Origin: a virus
Direction: 5' to 3' (one strand)
Length of the DNA stretch: 29,854 nt
IMG/VR virus record: IMGVR_UViG_3300001278_000003
Coordinates: 1-29,854 of that record
In this document: one piece after another, positions 22,519 through 29,854 of the stretch
Position numbering within the stretch: position 1 is the first letter of the stretch
Layout: every line of letters begins with the position of its first letter
The notes under the pieces: generated by a model
What the model was told of the DNA's origin: nothing
What the model saw: the letters and a program-made list of their open reading frames with translations, nothing else
Databases searched by the model: none
Translations under genes and position numbers: made by a program

Positions 22519-24378
22519 TTAAATTTTAGCCGTAACTACTTCGGGCAAAGTTATTGTAAAATCCAAACTATTAATATTCTTCTTATTATAATACTCGTAA
22601 TTTTGATTTAATTGAACGTCTAAGAATTCACCTTTTACGTTAGCGTTTTGGCTAGAATAAATTTGCACCTTTGGCGAAATAAATAAGCTTTCTATTTGCT
22701 GGAATTCCCTTCTACTAACCTTTGTTCTAATCCTTAAACGCTTTGTAGCATTCTTCCCAGTAGTTAAACTTATCGCTTCCCTGTTTGGCACATTTCTAAA
22801 ATTTTCCCTAGAGTAGTCTCCGTTATTTCTTACACGCATTTCCTCCCTATAAAACCTTTCAAAAAGCCAAAAACTATGCGAGCCATCCCCGTTCCACCAT
22901 TTAAGATAAACACCTTTAGAAATCTTCTTTTTATCTAAAACTAAGTTAGTAACCTCTTTACCGTCTACCTCTATTACTAAATTATTTTCTTCATTCTTCA
23001 AAACTAAGTACCCGTTAGAATTCCAGTTACTCCCATTAGAAGAATCTACGACAAACCTTCTAGGACCTTTTATAGAATCTATTAAATCACTATCGGAGCC
23101 CGTAGACTTATTTAATATTCTTATACTTGTTTCCCCGTCGTTTTGAATATCAATATTAAACGGGAACCCCTCGAAATAAGTTTTATAATAATTTACTCCG
23201 TCTTCTGAATTAAATAATAACTGATACGGGTTACTAAATATTCTACCCCCTACCTGTACTAAGCTATTTTTAAAAGTTAAATTCCTGTCTATTGATTCCC
23301 TAAAACCTTCCGTACCATTACTTCCAACTGAATAAACTTGTATATTAACTTCTGCTACTTTTATAACATTATCTAAAGACCTAGTAAAACCGTCTATATT
23401 CGAAGAAGTATCTAAAGCGAAGTTTTCGAATATTAAATACTTTACAGGCTCTTTAAAATTAAAAAAGAATTCTTCTTCTAAGTCTGCAAATATCACAAAA
23501 AAACCGCCTTCCACATTTACCCCTCCTATTCTTCTAATCGTAATAGAACTTCTTAACGTGGTCCCAGTTACAGCCCCTACATTTCTTAAGAAATACCTAT
23601 ACTTTAAAAAAGAATTATTATGTACTGGGTAGAATTTATCTATTTCTTCTTCTACTATTATTTGTTGCTCACCTTCACCCAAAGCTAAAGTAGATAAAGC
23701 TATACTATCAGTAAACGGCGATCTTGCTTGCTGTCCTCCTACAACTCCCCTACTAGCTACCTTATAAGTATATTCAGTATCGGGCGCTAAATTTTCATCT
23801 ACAAAAGATAAATTATTAGTTTCTTCTACTAAAACATCGTTTCTATAAACTTCGTAACCAGTTATAGGAATATCATTTGCTATTTGGGACCACGAAATAC
23901 TTATACTATTATCGGTCCTAGCATCCAAAACCACCGCTGTAGGTCTGTTTAACTCAAAACTTGTAATAATTTCCCCACCGCCTACAGGACTAACACCACT
24001 TAAGATGCCCTGTATGTAAGGTTTATTAGAAGAAAAAGAATCTATAGTAATTTCATCTATAAAATTCGTTTCTACAAAAAACCTTACATACGTAGGCGTA
24101 GGACTTCCCCCGTAGTTAATCACATTCATATTAGTAGGCGGTACTAAACTTTCTACAAAATTGTCTAATGCTGGCGCTATATTGTCCGCCGTTACACTTG
24201 TGAACTGAACACCACTTAAACCTATATACCTATTTGTACCAATGTTATAACCACTTTGAAAAGTATCGCCTTCCCCATCTACCACAGTAAAAACTTGCGG
24301 GGTATCATTTATAACTATTGTAAAAGTATCACCAGCCACGGGCGCTTGTGTTATCCTAAAATCTAAATTAATTGCCAT
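22519..24378 (-). CDS. Tail protein with an internal fibronectin type III domain.
   Basis: 619 aa. Residues ~145-225 read RPTAVVLDARTDNSISISWSQIANDIPITGYEVYRNDVLVEETNNLSFVDENLAPDTEYTYKVASRG, a textbook FN3 pattern (ISW ... GY-x-VYR ... L-x-P-x-T-x-Y-x-Y-x-V). Confidence 0.75.
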   Translation of the reverse strand: MAINLDFRITQAPVAGDTFTIVINDTPQVFTVVDGEGDTFQSGYNIGTNRYIGLSGVQFTSVTADNIAPALDNFVESLVPPTNMNVINYGGSPTPTYVRFFVETNFIDEITIDSFSSNKPYIQGILSGVSPVGGGEIITSFELNRPTAVVLDARTDNSISISWSQIANDIPITGYEVYRNDVLVEETNNLSFVDENLAPDTEYTYKVASRGVVGGQQARSPFTDSIALSTLALGEGEQQIIVEEEIDKFYPVHNNSFLKYRYFLRNVGAVTGTTLRSSITIRRIGGVNVEGGFFVIFADLEEEFFFNFKEPVKYLIFENFALDTSSNIDGFTRSLDNVIKVAEVNIQVYSVGSNGTEGFRESIDRNLTFKNSLVQVGGRIFSNPYQLLFNSEDGVNYYKTYFEGFPFNIDIQNDGETSIRILNKSTGSDSDLIDSIKGPRRFVVDSSNGSNWNSNGYLVLKNEENNLVIEVDGKEVTNLVLDKKKISKGVYLKWWNGDGSHSFWLFERFYREEMRVRNNGDYSRENFRNVPNREAISLTTGKNATKRLRIRTKVSRREFQQIESLFISPKVQIYSSQNANVKGEFLDVQLNQNYEYYNKKNINSLDFTITLPEVVTAKI

Positions 24379-24380
24379 TG

Positions 24381-24854
24381 TTATACATTTTTAGCTAATA
24401 TCCTTAATTCTGCGGTTATTTCCGTTATTATTCTATTAGCGTTAATAGTTTCAAATCTTTCTATTACACTTAAAATTCTTTCGGGCGTTATTACACTTTC
24501 GTAAATTCTAAAATGTCTTTTATCGTCTGTTCCTTCCCTATGAATTTTTCTTGCTATCAAAAAAGCCAAAGCCTTTAAGCTTAAGCCTTCTTCGCGTGGT
24601 TTTATATTTCTATCCTTAATCCATTGTAAAATAGTTTCCGTTAAAGTCGGATCCCCTTTTTTACTGGACCTAGTACGACCCCTTCCAGCCAAATAAACAA
24701 ATCCACTTATTATAGCCTTCTTCCCCGAAAATTTAGCCTCTAAACCCTTTTCAAACTCCCCGCTAACTTTCTTGCCCGAATTCCTGTAAGCCGTTCTAAT
24801 ATCTTCTAAAATTAGTCCGACTTCTTCTTTTAATATATCTTCATCTTTAGTCAT
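24381..24854 (-). CDS. Hypothetical virion-module protein.
   Basis: 157-aa ORF, operon-packed (8-nt overlap upstream). No motif recognised. Confidence 0.6.
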   Translation of the reverse strand: MTKDEDILKEEVGLILEDIRTAYRNSGKKVSGEFEKGLEAKFSGKKAIISGFVYLAGRGRTRSSKKGDPTLTETILQWIKDRNIKPREEGLSLKALAFLIARKIHREGTDDKRHFRIYESVITPERILSVIERFETINANRIITEITAELRILAKNV

Positions 24855-25293
24855 TGTAAAGGTCTATATCATACGTAAAAACTATTCCGTCTAAATTTTG
24901 GTAGAATATATTTATATCCGAATAACCTTCTAACGAATTTATTTGTAAATCATTTTCACAATTTAGGGATATTGTTAAATCTTCGGTTAAAACAGCTTCT
25001 AAAGGCTTAATATATTTTTCGTGCCTATATTCGTAGTCTACTTCGTCTATATCTGAATTTACGTTAATAAATATAGCACCTCTATATTTCTTCCCTATTG
25101 GCTTAGGGTTTCCTTTTTCAAATATTAACGACCACTTAGGCGGGTCCATAAATAAATTAATGTCGCCTAATAATTGTTCGTCTTCTGTTTCTTCTATAGT
25201 ATGTTTACCGTTAAATAAGTTTTGGTAGTCTTTTCTAGCATATAGAAATACATACCCTTTGTCGCTTGCAAACTGTTTAAAAATTTCTAACAT
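24847..25293 (-). CDS. Hypothetical virion-module protein.
   Basis: 148-aa acidic ORF, operon-packed. Confidence 0.6.
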   Translation of the reverse strand: MLEIFKQFASDKGYVFLYARKDYQNLFNGKHTIEETEDEQLLGDINLFMDPPKWSLIFEKGNPKPIGKKYRGAIFINVNSDIDEVDYEYRHEKYIKPLEAVLTEDLTISLNCENDLQINSLEGYSDINIFYQNLDGIVFTYDIDLYND

Positions 25294-25297
25294 ACCT

Positions 25298-25855
25298 TTA
25301 TTCGCTTTTTATTTTAATATTATCCATATCGTTAGCTATCTGCTTTAAAGTCTTTTCTCTAAGCAACCTAACAAAAACCCAGTTATAAGACTTATTCAAA
25401 TAATATTCTTCTTTACTGTAGTCCCCTTTATGAAATTCAGCTAAAGTATTTATTATTCCGAACTTTTCTACTCGCTTAGAACCGTCTACCATTTCCCACT
25501 TAACGGCGTTTTTATCTATAGATTCTTCATTATTACTAAATGCGTTTCGCTCCCTATTATAAATAGCTTCTATTTGCTTTTTAACATCATTAACCAAAGC
25601 GAAAAACTTAACTATTCTTAATTCCTGTACTTCTTCCAGTTCTATACCTTGCACCAAAGCAACTATTTTTAATAGCTTTTCTTCATCCTGTGCGTATATC
25701 CCCTTCTTAATGAATTCCACTTCACTAAGCTTTAATTTAACTATAGGGTTTTCTGTTTTAAACCCTTCTACGTACTGCAATATTCTAGCGTACTTTTCCA
25801 CCAGCTTAGGCTTTTGCTTAGCAAATTGTTTTAATTTAAAGTTTTTTAGTTCCAT
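25298..25855 (-). CDS. Hypothetical protein downstream of TerL.
   Basis: 185-aa ORF, helical and Lys/Glu-rich. Confidence 0.6.
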   Translation of the reverse strand: MELKNFKLKQFAKQKPKLVEKYARILQYVEGFKTENPIVKLKLSEVEFIKKGIYAQDEEKLLKIVALVQGIELEEVQELRIVKFFALVNDVKKQIEAIYNRERNAFSNNEESIDKNAVKWEMVDGSKRVEKFGIINTLAEFHKGDYSKEEYYLNKSYNWVFVRLLREKTLKQIANDMDNIKIKSE

Positions 25856-25864
25856 TCTGTAAAT

Positions 25865-27055
25865 TTACAAAAATTCATAACTCCCCGAACCTTTCGAACT
25901 ATTCGAAAGCGTATCTACTGTAAAATATCTTACTGGGTCTATTATATGGTTCCAGTCGTCTACTGGTAAATCTAAAAATTCCCCTGTTCTATCTTGCTTA
26001 TAAACGTAATTAGTCCATTCTTCTACAGCTTCTTTTCCTACTAAGCAATATTCAAATTCTTGCATAATATTAATTCCCGATAAAATAGCCTTATCCTTAG
26101 CCTTAACTATTCTAATTCCATAGCTTCTTAGCTCTTTTATACTTTTAGGCTCTGCCGAATCTGCTATAATTACACCGTTCATTAATTCCTTATCCTGTTT
26201 TATGGCACTAGCTATTTGGCTATTTATCATTCCGCGTTTATACAGATAAGACTTTACAAATATTTTTCCATCGTACCTATACAGCTTTGTAACCGTAGTA
26301 GGGTCGTTAGTGAACCCCCAGTCTAAACAGCCACCTAAATAGGTAGCGCTAGAAGGTACTGTAGCTTTTTCTTCCCAGTTTTCGAATACAACACCTTCGG
26401 GAATTCCTAAAAGCCCTAACCCTAAAACCCGCCATTTATTCTTAAAATAAGTACTTCCTTCTTCGGCTTTCTTCTTAAACCATAGAATAGAATCTAATTC
26501 GTTTTGCGGTATATATTCGTTATCCAAATAATTCAGTATAATAAAATCTACATGCGGTTCGCCCTTAAGGTTTTTATGTACCCAAAATTTACGGCGCGGG
26601 TTATAGTCTAAAATAGTGAATACAGAAGTACGCGAATACAATTCCAAGTAAGTACTGAACTTTATAGCGTCTGCTTCATTTATGTATAAATGTGTACGCC
26701 TAGAACCTAGCCTACTGTGTTCGCCGTCCACGCTAAAAAATTCTATCATATTAGAACCAAAAGTGTAGGTCCTATCCGTTTTATTTATTTGAAACTTATC
26801 ATAAAGCCCCCAGCTTTTTAAAATCTTTTCAAAATCCCGCATAGCCCCCGACTTTAAATTAGGTAAGCTTTCGGCTACTATGGAAAGTATTAAATTTTCA
26901 CGCTTGGAAATAGCCAGTAAAATAAAATACATAAGTATAGAAATAGTCTTACTACTACCCTTCCCGCCTTGTACTATTTTAACGGGCTTGGTTAAGCCTA
27001 CAATCTTCTGAAAAGCTGTAGTAGTTTTATACTTGCTTTCCTTAATTAACTCCAT
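25865..27055 (-). CDS. terL: Terminase large subunit (PBSX/Terminase_3-like).
   Basis: Walker A QGGKGSSKT; Walker B-like HLYINEAD; nuclease-domain motifs CLDWGFTNDPT, IIADSAEPKSIKELRSYGI and NHIIDPVRY. Confidence 0.9.
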   Translation of the reverse strand: MELIKESKYKTTTAFQKIVGLTKPVKIVQGGKGSSKTISILMYFILLAISKRENLILSIVAESLPNLKSGAMRDFEKILKSWGLYDKFQINKTDRTYTFGSNMIEFFSVDGEHSRLGSRRTHLYINEADAIKFSTYLELYSRTSVFTILDYNPRRKFWVHKNLKGEPHVDFIILNYLDNEYIPQNELDSILWFKKKAEEGSTYFKNKWRVLGLGLLGIPEGVVFENWEEKATVPSSATYLGGCLDWGFTNDPTTVTKLYRYDGKIFVKSYLYKRGMINSQIASAIKQDKELMNGVIIADSAEPKSIKELRSYGIRIVKAKDKAILSGINIMQEFEYCLVGKEAVEEWTNYVYKQDRTGEFLDLPVDDWNHIIDPVRYFTVDTLSNSSKGSGSYEFL

Positions 27056-27605
27056 CTATAATTCCCTGTACTAAACTGTTATGCGTTTCGTTTGTGGTTG
27101 TGATATTTATTTTTACGCCGTCGTGGGTCCTGTCCGCCTTGTAGAAATCTATATGCTTATTTATCATTTCCATAGCTTTTTCTTTAGAAACGAATTTAAG
27201 TTCGTTTGTTTCCACCGTTTCTATAACTTCACCCTTTCCATTATAAATATCCCTTGAAGTAGTTTTAAACCCAGTAATAAGCCTTCTAACACCTATAGGA
27301 AGCTTTTTAATTTCTTCCTTATTCAAACCCATAGTTTCGGTTATGTCAAACTGTAGCCAGTTCTTTAACTCGTTAAGTATTCCTACATGCGTAGCCTCTA
27401 CAACTCTTTGCGCTAATTCCTGTTTTTCTAAAATGTATTCTGCTACTTCGGGTATTTGGCTAATCTTTTTAAAGTTAGTAGTAGCCGTGTTGTCACTTAC
27501 GTTCCTGTAGAACTTTAGGTATGCCTGTTTTCCGTTAAACTCATTACTAAACCATTCATCTACGACAAGCTTATATTTCTTTAATGTTTGCTTTTGTATT
27601 GCCAT
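27042..27605 (-). CDS. terS: Terminase small subunit (Terminase_2-like).
   Basis: VVDEWFSNEFNGKQAYLKFYRNVSDNTATTNFKKISQIPEVAEYI matches the small-terminase N-terminal HTH pattern. It overlaps terL by 14 nt. Confidence 0.75.
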   Translation of the reverse strand: MAIQKQTLKKYKLVVDEWFSNEFNGKQAYLKFYRNVSDNTATTNFKKISQIPEVAEYILEKQELAQRVVEATHVGILNELKNWLQFDITETMGLNKEEIKKLPIGVRRLITGFKTTSRDIYNGKGEVIETVETNELKFVSKEKAMEMINKHIDFYKADRTHDGVKINITTTNETHNSLVQGIIDGVN

Positions 27606-27765
27606 TTTCTAATAGTTTAAGATTTTCCCTTAATGTTTTTAGTTTTCGTTTTGTTTGTTGACTTATAAAGCCCAGCGTATAGAATTCATTTCTAGCCTTT
27701 TTCTTCTGCTTAGCTATTGCTTCGCCTAAAAATCTTTGCCACTCTATACGCTTACTTAATTCCAT
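27571..27765 (-). CDS. Small basic hypothetical protein.
   Basis: 64-aa ORF between HNH and terS, overlapping terS by 35 nt. Confidence 0.45.
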   Translation of the reverse strand: MELSKRIEWQRFLGEAIAKQKKKARNEFYTLGFISQQTKRKLKTLRENLKLLENGNTKANIKEI

Positions 27766-27781
27766 ATAGCAAAAATAATAA

Positions 27782-28090
27782 TTATTTAATAAGGTTATTT
27801 ATCATTCGCAAGTATCTAAACCACCTTACAAAACGAACCCAATCTTTACGGGTACATTTTTCCCTTGTAGATTTATGGTAGAACCAATGATAAAACAAAT
27901 GAATAAACCTATGAATAGTTACGCCGTTTTCTACTAAATCCCTTTCTTCGGGAAAATAGGAACCGTGATTAATATGGTGTACTTCCAAACGCTTAGTAGA
28001 ACCAGTCAATACGCATTTATATCCGTCCCGCTTTTTTACATCCTTTTTCCACTTCCTATTCTCTTTAGTATTCCGCCAGCTTCTACCCAT
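27782..28090 (-). CDS. HNH endonuclease.
   Basis: DGYKCVLTGSTKRLEVHHINH ... ENGVTIHRFIH gives the H-N-H core, and the gene sits just upstream of the terminase genes. Confidence 0.8.
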   Translation of the reverse strand: MGRSWRNTKENRKWKKDVKKRDGYKCVLTGSTKRLEVHHINHGSYFPEERDLVENGVTIHRFIHLFYHWFYHKSTREKCTRKDWVRFVRWFRYLRMINNLIK

Positions 28091-28091
28091 A

Positions 28092-28514
28092 CTATAAATC
28101 GTTAACTATTAATATTGCTTCCTTATCACCATCTAAAGCCTTATGAAACTTAGCCATAACCCGTCTGCTATTAGTTACATCTTTAGCTCCGTCCCCGTCT
28201 ATATCTACACGCTTATTCCCCAAAGCTATACACCCGTTTAACTGGCGCGCAAAGTTAGCGCTATGAAATTTACACTCGCTACGGTTTGGAACTTCGTATA
28301 TTTCGTAAAGCTTTTTCTTAAACCTATTAGAATGTTCCAGCCTAACGGGATAGTTACCCGCTGGAATACAGCTAATTCTTCTTTGGTTATCTAACCAACC
28401 GCGCTCTATGCTTTCAGACTTAAATATAACTTTTCCGTTATCGTCTTTAACATAACACACGCCTAAGCTTTGCTTATCGTTTTGCTGGTCCCTGTTTACT
28501 ATTATAGTTTTCAT
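28092..28514 (-). CDS. DUF5675-like protein (conserved His/Cys pair; candidate cell-wall-active enzyme).
   Basis: From ATG 28514: MKTIIVNRDQ ... SIERGWLDNQRRISCIPAGNYPVRLEHSNRFKKKLYEIYEVPNRSECKFHSANFARQLNGCIALG. This matches the DUF5675 pattern as I recall it (E-x-x-W-x-x-N-x-x-x-x-S-C-IP-x-G-x-Y ... V-P-x-R ... H-x-x-N ... L-x-GCI). The track's upstream start at 28547 would overlap the preceding gene. Confidence 0.65.
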   Translation of the reverse strand: MKTIIVNRDQQNDKQSLGVCYVKDDNGKVIFKSESIERGWLDNQRRISCIPAGNYPVRLEHSNRFKKKLYEIYEVPNRSECKFHSANFARQLNGCIALGNKRVDIDGDGAKDVTNSRRVMAKFHKALDGDKEAILIVNDL

Positions 28515-28524
28515 AAATAACTCT

Positions 28525-29196
28525 TTAATTAGCCACCCACTTAACACCCGTAATCTGCTCTACTAAGGCATCGTTAAAAGTCTTCGGCGCGAAATTTGGT
28601 ATTTCAGCATTAACGGTCCCGTACAACTTCGTTATGTTTTGAGTATTTAAGGTTTCTTGTTTTTCACCTCTTAGCTGTGCTAAAAATAAACTCCCGTTCC
28701 CTAAATCCTTCCAGTTATCAAACCCCGACTTAAACCCGTTAAATATAAAAGCTACAGCTTCCCCAGCACCTAACTTTTCCGCAGTATCTTGTAGATAATC
28801 TATAGCATAATCTACACGTACTTTTATAAGCTTCTTCTTATTCTTAATTAACTCGTATTCAGTCTTAGAAGTATATACCGTTCCATCTTCAAAAAACCAC
28901 TTACAAACCTTCCTAATATGTGTAGCTTCCGATATACTAGAAACTTCGTAATTTCTATCTATAGGTAATTCTTCGGGATTTAAACACTTAACGTCTTCAA
29001 ACTCTATACAAACCGCCACTTTAGCTTCTTCGTTTGGCATAAGGTATTCTTTCATAACCTTTCGCCCTCCCGCCTTTCTTTTAGAAGCTGGCTCTATTAA
29101 TCCTTTATGCGACAAACCTAAGCCCATCACATATTCAGTATTCCTAAAATCTACCCCCAAAAAAGAAGGTAGATTGCTAATTAAAGGTATTTTCAT
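28525..29196 (-). CDS. Hypothetical protein.
   Basis: 223-aa ORF. Its ATG shares one base with the upstream stop (TAATG). No motif recognised. Confidence 0.6.
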   Translation of the reverse strand: MKIPLISNLPSFLGVDFRNTEYVMGLGLSHKGLIEPASKRKAGGRKVMKEYLMPNEEAKVAVCIEFEDVKCLNPEELPIDRNYEVSSISEATHIRKVCKWFFEDGTVYTSKTEYELIKNKKKLIKVRVDYAIDYLQDTAEKLGAGEAVAFIFNGFKSGFDNWKDLGNGSLFLAQLRGEKQETLNTQNITKLYGTVNAEIPNFAPKTFNDALVEQITGVKWVAN

Positions 29197-29854
29197 TATT
29201 TCAATATTTTTAAATTTATTTCAATACTAGATTTATTTATAAACTTCAACTTACCTTCTACTACTTCTATTTCTGCCATATCAAAATCACTAATAGACTT
29301 CGTTATACTACCACCTTTAGAAAATGCTTCCAATTCCGATAGTACCAAAAAATTAGTACCATTACCCGTAACGCTAAATATTCTAATATATCTAGCCTGT
29401 ACGTCTAAAGTAACATTTTGCGGGTTTTGGTCAGTCCCAACTATACCGTTGGAATTCAAACCTTCTACTACCGAAATCCAATCAACACCATTTAAAGAAG
29501 TTTCTATCCTATAATTTGAAGCGGTATATGTATTATTCCACCAATAAACCAAAACACTACCGACTAACTTAGATTCTCCCAAGTCTATAGCTGGCAATTC
29601 TCTATTATTAGAACCGACAGCACCAACAGCATTATTATAAGCTAGGTTCGTATAGTTATCGTCAAATAAAGCATTTTCATTTGTACTTACATTTGTAGGG
29701 TCTATAGTTCCTATAGCCATCAATTCTTCCCCAGTACTATCAAATGTTACAAAAGCGTTTACATATTCTTCTAAAGTTATCTCCGTTTGCTGTTCCGCAC
29801 CAGCCCCTAACGTTAATTCTACTACTTCGGAAGTTCCGCCGTTAGGTCCTTCGC
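29196..29854 (-). CDS. C-terminal part of the junction-spanning gene; contains a discoidin (F5/8 type C, galactose-binding-like) domain.
   Basis: The frame is open from the track's TTG at 29723 up to the window end (manual translation ...EPGNGGTSEVVELTLGAGAEQQTEITLEEYVNAFVTFDSTGEE-LMAIG...). Domain signature: LVGSVLVYWWNNTYTASNYRIETSLNGVDW ... ARYIRIFSVTGNGTNFLVLSELEAF. Confidence 0.75.
   Translation of the reverse strand, partial: EGPNGGTSEVVELTLGAGAEQQTEITLEEYVNAFVTFDSTGEELMAIGTIDPTNVSTNENALFDDNYTNLAYNNAVGAVGSNNRELPAIDLGESKLVGSVLVYWWNNTYTASNYRIETSLNGVDWISVVEGLNSNGIVGTDQNPQNVTLDVQARYIRIFSVTGNGTNFLVLSELEAFSKGGSITKSISDFDMAEIEVVEGKLKFINKSSIEINLKILK
29806..29854. repeat. Terminal overlap, copy 2 (identical to 1..49).
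   Basis: The same 49-mer. An ORF reads through it, so it most likely marks circular closure of the assembly rather than a physical end. Confidence 0.95.

Noticed and set aside
28515-28547. Upstream ATG at 28547 for the DUF5675-like gene.
   Set aside because: It would overlap the preceding gene by 23 nt and add a non-conserved-looking MLSGWLIKELF extension. ATG 28514 leaves a 10-nt gap and starts at MKTIIV.
29196-29723. Stand-alone 175-aa ORF starting at TTG 29723.
   Set aside because: The frame has no stop upstream to the window end and joins 1..323 across the circular junction, so it is the C-terminal part of a larger gene.
1-29854. tRNA genes, integrase/repressor lysogeny module, DNA methyltransferase.
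   Set aside because: I found no cloverleaf-capable GC-rich segment in the few non-coding gaps. No ORF has tyrosine/serine recombinase, CI-like or methyltransferase (DPPY/FxGxG) motifs.

Overview
The window is a complete, circularly closed genome of about 29.8 kb from a tailed dsDNA phage. Bases 1-49 are identical to 29806-29854, and one gene reads through that junction. The sequence is AT-rich, tightly packed, and start codons lack Shine-Dalgarno motifs, which suggests a Bacteroidota (Flavobacteriia-like) host.

Layout:
- A plus-strand early arm (9100..17329) encodes small unknown proteins and DNA-binding proteins (RHH, HTH, DnaA domain IV-like). It also carries a recombination set: NinG/Rap-like nuclease, RNase H-like protein, Rad52/Sak-like annealing protein and a YqaJ-type exonuclease.
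- One long minus-strand late arm runs 8964 down to 1, wraps, and continues 29854 down to 17398. It encodes a ClpP-like protease/scaffold fusion, major capsid protein, portal, membrane proteins, three adhesin-type proteins, a DUF5675-like protein, an HNH nuclease, TerS/TerL, large tail proteins and a split tape measure protein.
- The arms diverge at 8965..9099 and converge on a bidirectional terminator near 17340.
- I saw no tRNA, CRISPR array, integrase, polymerase or methyltransferase.

Observations most worth a second look:
1. GATC is nearly absent, and GGCC and CCGG appear completely absent.
2. The tape measure gene is split exactly at a canonical -1 slippery heptamer (G_GGT_TTC).
3. A TTGTTCA-N4-TGAACAA palindrome family sits in 49-bp identical cassettes that bracket the annealing-protein gene. 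Further same-orientation copies lie inside a late minus-strand membrane-protein gene.
4. The leader of the early operon (acidic protein, unknown protein, RHH) looks like an anti-defence locus behind three phased 10-mers.
5. No recognisable endolysin is present; a DUF5675-like H/C protein is the only candidate.

All calls come from reading the sequence and recognising motifs. No database search was run, and the oligonucleotide counts are manual.
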